The notes beneath the pieces are model-generated. The model was given only the letters and a program-made list of their open reading frames with translations. It was not told the DNA's origin and made no database searches. A stretch of 63,976 bases of DNA, filler included, from Dugesia japonica (Eukaryota): the NCBI GenBank assembly GCA_001938525.1. It is 6 parts of 6 records of this genome, joined end to end, with 100 filler letters (N's around TTAATTAATTAA, not from the genome) between each part and the next. Parts side by side here need not be neighbours in the genome. Positions count along the whole stretch, not along the records: positions 13,759 to 25,181 come from MQRL01581475.1; 5 more parts are not named here. One strand, 5' to 3'. The position numbers and the translations under genes are program-made. Numbering within the stretch: the stretch's first letter is position 1; every line of letters begins with the position of its first letter. This document shows positions 13,760 through 25,281 of the stretch, piece after piece.

Positions 13760-15547
13760 GATATTGAAGCTGTTCTTGTACCAGAAGAAGATAGTAGTCT
13801 AGTAAAACATGTTCTTATAGCTGTAAAGCTTTTATTAATTCCATTACTGGATCAAACAATAAAATGCAAGTACTATTCGTTTTCTGGTACCAACTGTTTG
13901 GTTGAGTTTCTACAATGCATTGATTAATTGGTTAATAACGTAATAACCCTTTGGTATAAGAAAAATATGTATGTGTAAATGAACTTGACAACATCAGATC
14001 AAGAAGCCTTTACGAAAACACAAGAAGCAATAAAAACAAGTTGGTTTGTGATCATGATCACTATATTAGAAAATATCTCGGAGTTGCATGCAATAAGTGC
14101 AATTTATCACGCAAGGTTAGAATAAAGTTACCTGTTGTGTTTCATAAATTTAAAGGTTATGATTCACATCACATTATCTAATATGCGCTCAACAAACTNN
14201 NNNNNNNNNNNNNNNNNNNNNNNNNNNNNNNNNNNNNNNNNNNNNNNNNNNNNNNNNNNNNNNNNNNNNNNNNNNNNNNNNNNNNNNNNNNNNNNNNNNN
14301 NNNNNNNNNNNNNNNNNNNNNNNNNNNNNNNNNNNNNNNNNNNNNNNNNNNNNNNNNNNNNNNNNNNNNNNNNNNNNNNNNNNNNNNNNNNNNNAAAACA
14401 AGGGTATATTCCCAGACAAATTTGCAATTTCATATGAAATGCTCGAAAATCAAACCGAATTACCAGCACAATGGTCAGAAATAACAAGTGAAGAATATGA
14501 AATCGCAAATTCGGCATGGATAGAATCAAAAAGCAATAACTTGGTGGAAAATATAATGTATTATATAAAGCTAGATATATACTTGTTGGAAGACGTCTTT
14601 CAAAAATTTCGCAAAAAAGCACTTGAAGAGCATGGATTAAAGCCATTACGATTTGTTTCATTGCAAGGATTGAGTTGGTCAAGTGCTCTCAAGTCGATGT
14701 ATAGTTCCATAGAACTAATCTAAGATGCGTAAATTCATTGACTATTTGAATTGGGAAATTGTGGAGGAATAACGTTTGTGAAAAAATATTATGTTCAGGC
14801 AGATAAGAATACATCACTGCTTTACATTGATATTACTAATTTATATGGTTGGACCATAACACAGCCTTTACCATATAAAGATTTTGAATTTATATCAGAA
14901 AATCAGAAGAAGAAACATACCAGAAGATGTTCGCAAATACCAATAATGAGATTGAGTACCTGCTTGAAATTGATCTTGAAATACCTATCTCAAACATTTA
15001 ATAGATGTCAATGAAAATGATCAAATATTTACTAGAAGTATATAAAATTATCTACAAATTACTAGAATGTCTGGATATTACATTAACCAAGTGGTTATAA
15101 ATTTGAGTAAAGTGCGGATGTATACGCTTCAAGATGAAGAGCTGGAAAAATATCGTCAACAATTGCTTTGTAAAATTTATATTATTGCTGGAGATACAGA
15201 TAGTTTTTTCATATCATGTACTGGAGTAAAAAGAAACTGAATGGATATTCCTAAGGCTAAAATGTTATAGTTTGAAGAAAGCAGATGCTAGTATGACAAT
15301 GAAGGCAAAAGCAATCATTTTAAAACAAACGAACAATTATCATAAAAATTATTTAAATGCATATAACAATGATGGAGACGTAGAAGAACAACCAAACAAG
15401 GTTATGCAGACTAGGCTCCAATCAATAAATCAGCAGATTTACACAATAAAGAGTAANAAACGCGTGTTGTCTTGCCTCGATGATATGCGCTTTTGGAGCG
15501 AAATAAATACTAGTAATGCATATGGTCATAATAAAATTAATAATTAA
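13760..15547 (+). pseudogene. Polinton/Maverick protein-primed DNA polymerase B, decayed
   Basis: VCDHDHYIRKYLGVACNKCNL (endonuclease VII-like), PVVFHKFKGYDSH, DIYLLEDVFQKFR, LQGLSWSSALK, CGGITF, YIDITNLYGW...QPLP, IAGDTDSFF, KRVLSCLDDMRF...AYGH. Confidence 0.9.
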
Positions 15548-16899
15548 ATAATACGTATTCAGTTTCTGTTTTAATGACTTTTGATTATCAAAAAAGAAGA
15601 CGAAGACAAAGAAAAAGATAAAGAAGAAGAAGAAAAAACTATGATTATTTGTTAATGTATTGTGATTTTGTATTTATATGCTGAAATAAATGTTATCTAT
15701 TTGTTATTTGGTTTTTATTGATTATATGCATGTTAATAATAAGTAAAGAAATATTTATTATTGTTGTTTTTACAAAAGTATAATGACTCTTTAGATCTAT
15801 TTATATGAATAATAATAAGAAGAAGAAAAAGAAGAAATAAGCATTTGTGGTTTTGAAATATTTAACAGGTAATATGCATCTCATAGTTATTACAAATTGT
15901 AAAAGTTCATATAATAAGATTAATAATGATTATAACAATATTTATTATGCAATATAGCAATTCTGTATTTTAATGCTAAATGCCATCAAACTTATTACGT
16001 AATATGTCAAAGGTCATGCTAATTATGTGTGCATTAATTGTGTAATATATATTTATTCTTCATCATTATCTGGTTACCTCTTTGCTTGATCCTTCTTCTA
16101 NTTATTTCTCTTGTGCTTGCTTCTCTGCTATCTGTGTTCCTTCTTATTTTTGGATACTTAATAATCAGTTTTATGTTTAGTAAAATCAATATACTTTTGT
16201 ATGTTTTCAAATTTTGACAATAACTTACACATTATTTTATGGTTTTCTCGGTATTCTTTAGCTTTTGTATGATAAAGTAATATAGTTTTAGTTATAATTT
16301 AATTTTGTAGTTGTTGATTTTTATAAGAAATAATACGATATGTTCTAAAGGAACAATTAATAAAGGATGTATTTGTATACTGGGCTACTGAAATTCATTG
16401 AGACAAGATTTAAAATAAAGTATATGATTCTAAATTGATACCGTAATCAAAATATATCTTTTATGTTTATTTTTATGTGCTTATTTATGTAATCTGTGTA
16501 AAGAATACATTCTGGGGCAAAGTATTGAAGAATACCTTGAAGATATAAATAATGTACTCGAATAAAACCTGATAAAATTTCTAGTGTATTTTATATCCAT
16601 GTACAAAAATCATAAATATACGATAGTTTCGTACAAATATAACCAATTAACCATTATACATATAATTTATTTAATAATTATACCATCCAAATGAATTAAA
16701 CCCTATAAAACTAAATAAAATCAATAAAACTATTGTTGAAAATTATAAGTAAAGTATGCCCTGGGCATTAGGATTCTATTCATATTAGTCATAGAAGCAT
16801 GGAAATGAAGGAAAAATTTCTACAAATTACTAAAAGTTTTTGCTTTTAATTTTTAGAGGAAAGAAGAAATGAATAAAGCACAGGTGTAAGCAAATGGGC

Positions 16900-17780
16900 A
16901 AATAAGTTGTAGGCAAAGATGCAAGCAGAAATGCAGGCAGATAGTAGTAATGTAAGATAAATAATTATATTATTTAAAAGTGTTGGAAAATGGTATATAG
17001 TTTCCAGGAAGTGTTGAAATATTATACAGAATTTCAGAGATGCATTGGAAAATTCTCAACAATTATGTAAAACACTAGGAAAATAATTCAAATATTTATG
17101 AGATGTGTTCGAAATTTACACGAAATTTCAAAGTAGTTATGGAAGTATATTCAAAATTCAGAGAAGTCATGGAGATCCATCCGAAATTTCCAAGTAGTAT
17201 GTGAAATTTAATCCAAATTTCACAGACGTTATGAGTTGTTATACGTTGAAAAAAAAAAATTTTATAATCATTTATTTGTCTTTCTTTGGATTAATAAAAG
17301 GTTTTGCACATATTTGTTTGATGGATACAAGTCATCCATACTTGAAAATAGAGGACGTAAAACTTAAATGTTATTTAGTCATGTTTCAGAAATAAACGTA
17401 CTATAGATACACTTATTTAATTAATTTTAATTAAAATTATTAATTAATTGTGTTAAAATCATAAATATGTCTTGTTTAAATTAATTGTTTGTATGAATGT
17501 ATGCTTTTCAAATTTCCAAAATTTGTTATTCGTATATACAAGTCAAATCTCTCAGTAATTCTTCAATTTTTACATGGGAAAATATGACAGCACTTGTATA
17601 CATTCTGGGTCAATACAAATTATTAACCCAATGCAGCTAATAAACCTACTACATTTAATGTATCCGATACATTTATTAAAACTATACATTCAATTCATTT
17701 ACGTATTTGACTTACATATTGTATTCAATGGTTTCATTTATCTTAATCTAATCAATCAAGTTAATCAATACAGTCCATTG
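16900..17780. repeat. Dispersed repeat family, copy A (copy B at 62860-63750)
   Basis: 17220-17770 aligns directly with 63160-63750; 16915-17010 aligns in inverted orientation with 62975-63075. Confidence 0.75.
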
Positions 17781-17989
17781 AATATGATTAATTTGTTCAA
17801 TTAAACAGAAATCCATAAGCAATAGTTACTATTTTCATGAAAATAAACACTAAACTGATTCTAATGTTTACTGAGGGTTAACTTGATTTTATAGTCGAAC
17901 ATGATAATCCATTTCATCTTAAAACTTATGACATCGTTAATTAATTTATATAGTTATTAAGTCATATAATAATCTTGTCAAAACAAATA

Positions 17990-19310
17990 CAGTTACTTAA
18001 TCTATTAATCAATCAACACAGTAAAGCTAATGGATAGAAATAACAAATAAGTATAATAAACCAATGTGTTAGAGTGAAACCAATGGGATACAGTAAAACT
18101 AATTGATCGAGTAAGCAGATTAGTACAGAAACCCAAAGTGATAGAGTAGAACCCATGAGATACTATAAAGCTCATATGATTCAATAGAACCAGCGTAATC
18201 TAGTAAAGTCAATGAATACCACATATAGTACCTGATCAAATCAGATTGTTTAAGTAACTTATTTGACTTATTACTAATTTATCAATTGAACATACATCAA
18301 ATACAATCATCTATACACTAATTTCATTAACTCATGAATATATTGTAGTCATCTACCAGGAAATTATTACCACTTATGTAGGAAATACGATCATTGATGT
18401 GTAATTTACTGACACTATGCACAAGCAAATTATCATCACTTATGTGTAAAATATAGTACACTATGTGCTCATTATTGCAAGTTATAAGTAAATTATAAGC
18501 ACTNNNNNNNNNNNNNNNNNNNNNNNNNNNNNNNNNNNNNNNNNNNNNNNNNNNNNNNNNNNNNNNNNNNNNNNNNNNNNNNNNNNNNNNNNNNNNNNNN
18601 NNNNNNNNNNNNNNNNNNNNNNNNNNNNNNNNNNNNNNNNNNNNNNNNNNNNNNNNNNNNNNNNNNNNNNNNNNNNNNNNNNNNNNNNNNNNNNNNNNNN
18701 NNNNNNNNNNNNNNNNNNNNNNNNNNNNNNNNNNNNNNNNNNNNNNNNNAAATTTCCATTAATTGCCTTAATTTTCCTAAGTTTCATAAATATCATTAAT
18801 CTATCTATCTATCTAATAATCTATCTAAAGCTAATGAAAATTAATTTACAAAAGTTATTTAAATTTCAAAAGTTTCCCTAAATTGCTTTAATTTCACTAA
18901 AGTTTATCGAATATAATAGGTTTAATANNNNNNNNNNNNNNNNNNNNNNNNNNNNNNNNNNNNNNNNNNNNNNNNNNNNNNNNNNNNNNNNNNNNNNNNN
19001 NNNNNNNNNNNNNNNNNNNNNNNNNNNNNNNNNNNNNNNNNNNNNNNNNNNNNNNNNNNNNNNNNNNNNNNNNNNNNNNNNNNNNNNNNNNNNNNNNNNN
19101 NNNNNNNNNNNNNNNNNNNNNNNNNNNNNNNNNNNNNNNNNNNNNNNNNNNNNNGTTAATGGATACAGAAAGACAGTAAATACAATAAATAGGTGGATAC
19201 ATCGAACTAATAGGTACAGAAAACCAATGTGGCACAGTAAGTCCATGTGTTTCAGTAAAACTATTATGTGTTAGAGCAAATACGTAAGCACAGTAAAGCT
19301 AATGAACCAC
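17990..19310. repeat. Degenerate ~20-nt minisatellite (CACAGTAAAGCTAATGG-like), interrupted by gaps
   Basis: Recurrent CAGTAAAGCTAATG/AAACCAATG units; a reverse-complement version occurs at 39170-39630. Confidence 0.6.
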
Positions 19311-20404
19311 ACACATTATATAACATGTAGTATTTTATCACAATACCTGATCGAATCAGTCAACTAAAGTAAATTATTGTATTATTTTTAAACTACTTAT
19401 AGAATCCAGACCAATATGATTTGAAATAAAGCTTGTCATCTAAATTATATTTAGGTTTTTAGTATTATTTTAATATAAATTGAATTACTTTTTTGTTTCA
19501 AAATTTTATGATTTAATTAGTAAAATAGATTCACCAATAGCATTAATTTTAAATAATTGTCAATATAATGAAGCAAAAGATGCTTTAAAAAAGAAAATAA
19601 ATTTGGAAATAAATTTTATAATTCTAATAATGTTTTTATTTTGTATTTCACTATATTTTTATTATTACTATTTTAAAAAAAATTTGAAAAGTTAAAGTTT
19701 TGAATTTTGCATGTTTTTGTTACTAATAGTAATATTTATATATTTTTTCAATATAATTTTATTATTTTTAATTTTTTTCTGTTAAACTAGTTTCAACATT
19801 TATAACTCTAATTTTTAAATGTAAATCAAAATTTATATTACAAAATTCATCAAAATTTAAAATTTACTCGAAAAATCATGAATTTGCATTAAATTTTTCA
19901 TTATAAGTCCTTCAATCAATGTATAGGTTTTATTTTATTCTGATTTTAATGATGTAAAAATAATATTATGTCGTAATTATAATTATAAATATAACTAATA
20001 ATTAATTATTACTTCTAGAACCATAAATTTTTTAGTAGTAATTTATTTAGCAATGTATAAGTAGTTGTTGTTTTTTTAATTCTGAATCGAATGACAATAA
20101 TTTCAAATTCATACGATCACTGCAAGGTGATAAATTTATAACATATTGTTTGACTGTGCTGTGTTATATAAACTATATACTGTGTCTGTACTTGTATACT
20201 GTCTATAGCATAGCCTATATACAAGTACTATTATGCTATAATGATCATAAAAAAAATAATAATGCATGAAAACCATAAATAATGTGTTAATTAATAAATT
20301 TTGTTAATTTGAATGTCCTTTTATTTATACCATTAAATAAAATTAACAAAGTAGTGTATAACTAAATGAAAACAAAATAAAAAAAATAGGGTTTAAAACA
20401 TTTA

Positions 20405-20641
20405 TTAATAAAAATCTTGAACAGTTTTTATCTTGCAAACAGGGCTAATTATATTGTTATATCTTTTGAATCCTTTGAATATTACCGTTATCAAGTACTT
20501 TTTATCACTCGTATAGCTATTTTCATCCGATTTCTTATAATTTATAAATGGTGTATCATCTACTTTTAACATATTATCAATTCTTGATAAAAGATTGATG
20601 ATTATTGTCTTGTCCTTTGGACTGATTTCCAATATTTGCAT
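20405..20641 (-). CDS. Orphan 78-aa ORF, probably Polinton accessory; paralog of 20690-21061
   Basis: Intact ORF preceded by a TTTAG|GAAC acceptor (AG 20653-20652), with AATAAA overlapping the stop. Confidence 0.45.
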   Translation of the reverse strand: MQILEISPKDKTIIINLLSRIDNMLKVDDTPFINYKKSDENSYTSDKKYLITVIFKGFKRYNNIISPVCKIKTVQDFY

Positions 20642-20689
20642 TAACTAGTTCCTAAATTATAATAATAACAGTAATAATAGTTACAAATT

Positions 20690-21061
20690 TTATTGGAATG
20701 CATAAATAATCGGCTTTAGGAAGAAATTTATCTTAAACTGATAATAATATCTAAGCAATTCAGAATCAATTACAATTGTCATGATATTGTCTTCGGTAAG
20801 GATAACTTGTTGCATCCATATTTCTGCATTTTTCAACTCCCAAATAGGTTTTGTAACATTACCTATTTTCTTTTATCCTAGTATGTTCACTATGATCATA
20901 CATTTGTTGATGATTATTTTCTTTGAATCAATGAAAGTATTATCTTTTATTAACTTGATATTGTCAAATTTTGATAAAATATCATAGATAGCCGTTTGAT
21001 CAGCCTTGCTTATGTTTGTTAATTGCAAGCTATATTAGGATTTGAGTACATTTACTTGTTC
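20690..21061 (-). pseudogene. Decayed tandem paralog of the 20405-20641 ORF
   Basis: LQLTNISKADQTAIYDILSKFDNIKLIKDNTFIDSKK...CMIIVNILG*KKIGNVTKPIWELK aligns with MQILEISPKDKTIIINLLSRIDNMLKVDDTPFINYKK...YLITVIFKGFKRYNNIISPVCKIK. Same TTTAG|GAAC acceptor. Confidence 0.5.
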
Positions 21062-21889
21062 CTAAATGAAAATTAATATTTATAATGATGAAATTGNATG
21101 TTACTTGAAATGAATAAATGATTGGTTTTTTCGAAGTAGGTCATCTTAGATTCGAAACCAATGGTTGTTGAACTATCTTTCGATTTTTGCATTTTCATTA
21201 ATGAAATAATGTATATTGACTTGGTTTATATAGTAACTATTTATGTGTGTACATGATTTGTAATGCTTTTGATTATATAATATGTATGATTAATTACCTT
21301 TTGTATAAACTTTGTATAAAGTATGATGTCATGAAATTATTTTATTTTTATGTATGTGTGTATGATTAATAAATTTTGATTTTAAATGATATAGAAGAAA
21401 AATAAATTGATCAACTTATTGACAATGAATATTGATAAAATTATAGATAGTATGGTAGAGTATATCGATATTAATTATTCAGNTGCCAAGGAACCAGCTA
21501 AAGTAGGGAATGAAGTTGACTTGTCTGATATTTTACTTGAAAAATTAACGATTCGTGATAAAACCATTGATAAAAGCAAAAACATTAAAGATTTTTTTAA
21601 ATTATTATTTCAATAATTAAATACATTTATTTTTAGTGTCAATACAAACCAGTACAATATAAACTAGCTCAAATGTGTCCAATAAAGATTAACTATTTAT
21701 TGAAATAAATCTTGTTATATCAATAATGTCTTTATTTTTCATTATAATAAAAAATGTTTTAAGAAAAGTAAAATTTTAATCTTATATAGTTTTTTATTCT
21801 GAGATTAATTGTTTAAAAATACTTTAAAATTTATTATTATTTTGATTATAATTATAATTAATTATATAATTATATATTGTTTCTTGATG

Positions 21890-22500
21890 GAAACATTTTC
21901 ATACAGCAAAGCTTATATGATATATATTCAAATTAGTTTTGATTTCAACGATATCAAATTTGTTTGACTATCATAAGTATTTCCAGAGTAAATACTTTCT
22001 TTTATTTCTATCTTTTAANNNNNNNNNNNNNNNNNNNNNNNNNNNNNNNNNNNNNNNNNNNNNNNNNNNNNNNNNNNNNNNNNNNNNNNNNNNNNNNNNN
22101 NNNNNNNNNNNNNNNNNNNNNNNNNNNNNNNNNNNNNNNNNNNNNNNNNAGTGCGCCACTACCTATATCTTGGAAAATAAAAATATTTCTATAGCAAACC
22201 CTATGTAAACAATGACAAAAATTTTATTTTGAGTTCAGCGATATCAAATTTGTTTGATTATCATAAGTATTTTCAGAGTAAATAATTTTTGTCTCAGGTG
22301 GGACATGGCACCTGACAATTTTCTATCTTTCGAACCAAGCACAATTATACAGCAAACTCTATACAAATTATGTTCATAATTTTATTTTGAATCGAATACT
22401 ATCATTTTCAAAGAAATACAATAATTATTGATCGAGAAATTTATAAAACAAGTCAAAGTGTTCCAGTGCGCCACTACTCTTGTTTTGAAAAAAATAAAAT
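21890..22500. repeat. Local tandem duplication (~290-bp unit)
   Basis: CGATATCAAATTTGTTTGAYTATCATAAGTATTTYCAGAGTAAATA occurs at ~21949 and ~22239; AGTGCGCCACTAC occurs at 22150 and 22465. Confidence 0.6.
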
Positions 22501-23744
22501 TTTATTCGTATACAGAATTTAATTCCGAGTTAAAGCATACCAAATTTGAAAACATACGATAAAAAATCGCTAAAAATTTCATTCCAAAAATTCAAATTTT
22601 CAAACTTCTCGACCAAAAATTCAGCAAACCAAAATCGAAATCGAAAATTTTTTCATGTATTTTTATCGACGAATCAAAATTCTCAAATTTTCAGCAGTTT
22701 TTTCAGCATATTATAGTATAGATGATTACGNNNNNNNNNNNNNNNNNNNNNNNNNNNNNNNNNNNNNNNNNNNNNNNNNNNNNNNNNNNNNNNNNNNNNN
22801 NNNNNNNNNNNNNNNNNNNTATATTTAATTGTCTGTAGTCATTACAAAGTATTCTCGATCCATATTCTTTTTTCACAACAAGGGCTGTTTGAAATTATTC
22901 TACCTTTTGCTAGGCAATCGAATTCTCTTTGTACTGGATCAAATCATTCTCCAAATAATTGAAGAGATCTGTAAGAAACTGAATGACATTTGGTGTTGAT
23001 GTTCATCTGAAGATTAGAATTAGCATTTTGTGATATTTTATTTGCAATCGTCACATCTTATTGCCTAGATGATCCGGGTATAATTTTGGTCAGTAAAACT
23101 TTTCGCCGATTTTAAGAATAATAAATTAATAATNNNNNNNNNNNNNNNNNNNNNNNNNNNNNNNNNNNNNNNNNNNNNNNNNNNNNNNNNNNNNNNNNNN
23201 NNNNNNNNNNNNNNNNNNNNNNNNNNNNNNNNNNNNNNNNNNNNNNNNNNNNNNNNNNNNNNNNNNNNNNNNNNNNNNNNNNNNNNNNNNNNNNNNNNNN
23301 NNNNNNNNNNNNNNNNNNNNNNNNNNNNNNNNNNNNNNNNNNNNNNNNNNNNNNNNNNNNNNNNNNNNNNNNNNNNATATTCATTACATTATGTTACATT
23401 TTCAATTAACATTCTCTATATTTATAATAAAAAACACAAATTCTTTTCAATAGATTTCTTTCTAAAATAGCATTGATTTTCCATGAAATAAAACTTTCTA
23501 TTATTCACATGTAAAAAATGTACAAGTGTAAAATAATCATTTAAAATATTAATTTTAGAGATTCAATTTATTTTTATTTATTTACAAAAATTTGTTTATG
23601 TACTTTTCTATTACTCATTGTATATTAATTAAAAAATTAGTAATAATAATTAATTAAATCAATTATTAGTAAATTTTAAATTTTAGTGATTTCGAAAGAA
23701 AAACAATACACTACAGCATTAACCAAGACAGAATTTTTGTGGTC

Positions 23745-24045
23745 CCAAATGCATATGTGAGGGTAGAAATATATGCAATAAAAAATATCACTTACAAAAT
23801 ACATGCACCTTATGTAAGGATACATATATAGGAGAATCATTCAGAACCATCAGCACAAGAATTAAAGAACATCTCAAACAGAAAAAAAGTGAAGTCTTCA
23901 AACACTTTCAAAACAAACATAATGTTTTACTAGAAAATAATCATATTACCTGGAAAACATTAGGAACAGGCTACATTTCTACACTTCACAGAAAAAAAAA
24001 TGAACAAATATTAATTAAAGAGAAGAAACCTGAGATTAACGTGAT
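23745..24045 (+). mobile_element. Penelope-like retroelement GIY-YIG endonuclease fragment
   Basis: Frameshifted translation KCICEGRNIC.KNITYKI...CKDTYIGESFRTISTRIKEHL...EVFKHFQNKH...EQILIKEKKPEIN. Confidence 0.75.
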
Positions 24046-24689
24046 TTTTAACAATTACAATAATTAAAAATTTTCAGAAAAATTCTCTCAATAATTATAA
24101 TAATTAAAAAATGTTTTTTTTCAAATATTTAAAAAAATCTTTTTCAAAAATTAACATTTTCAAAGATTTTAAATAACCACAATAATTAAAAGTTAAAAAT
24201 CAAAATAAAAAATTAAAATAATTTAAAAAATAAATAATTTAAAAAAATAAATAAACCTTTTTTCAAAGATTCTTGATAATTAAAATAACTTAAAAAATAT
24301 AAATAAAAAAAATTAGTAAAATAATTAGAGTAAAAATTTTAATATTAATAAAATACATATCTAAATATTTTAATACTTTAATGCATTAAATTTTTTACAA
24401 AAAACATTTAGGAAAATTTTTAATCAAACTTAATTAAAGAGAATTTTCAGACTTAATTTTAAAAAAAATGTTAATTTCATAGACCAATAAAATCTCAATA
24501 AAAGATTAAGAATTTGTAGCAATGATCGATTTTCAATATGAATATATCAAAAAGTCAACATTCCTGAAGAAGACAAGTGTCGAAAATTTGAATTTCTTCC
24601 ATTGCGAATTACACTTCGAATTTTTTACCGGTCCAACCCTAATTCGAATTTTTTTTCATTTTAGTAACGACCAATCAAAATTCTACATA

Positions 24690-24747
24690 ACTGGATCACT
24701 TCATCGGTGGGGGGGTTACTGATCCAGTGCGCTACTGTATATCTACT
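24690..24747 (-). mobile_element. Polinton-like terminus
   Basis: Reverse complement AGTAGATATACAGTAGCGCACTGGATCAGTAACCCCCC matches the terminal consensus. Confidence 0.7.
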
Positions 24748-25281
24748 GAATACATAATCATCTAGTCTTTTTGATGTTTGTATAACATTCTTTCTCTGAG
24801 TCTAGATTTCCTACATCTTCTTTAATATGAATGGGTGGACTACTTGGTTTGAATGTAAAGAGAATGGACTACGCAAGCAGATTATGTAAATTTAATGTAN
24901 NNNNNNNNNNNNATGAGTTAGTTAAATTGAATGAAATGTTATATTTAAGTGTATTTAAATTCTTTGTAATTTATAATTTACTATTTTTTTTGTAACAGTT
25001 AAAATAAACTTAGCTAATAAAATTTAATTTAAATATCTAAAATTCAAAATTATGCTATTAAATTATTAATAGGATTAATATGATTAAGCAAAAATAATGA
25101 ATTTATAAGAATTTATAATAATATCGGGAAAATATTCAAATAAAAAATGTAAAATCTGCTCACAAATTTTAAGAGTAAATANNNNNNNNNNNNNNNNNNN
25201 NNNNNNNNNNNNNNNNNNNNNNNNNTTAATTAATTAANNNNNNNNNNNNNNNNNNNNNNNNNNNNNNNNNNNNNNNNNNNN

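Noticed and set aside
25110-25181. LLLKFVSRF... as a possible PNP last exon
   Set aside because: Similarity is too short and low-complexity, and it lies across an artificial join.
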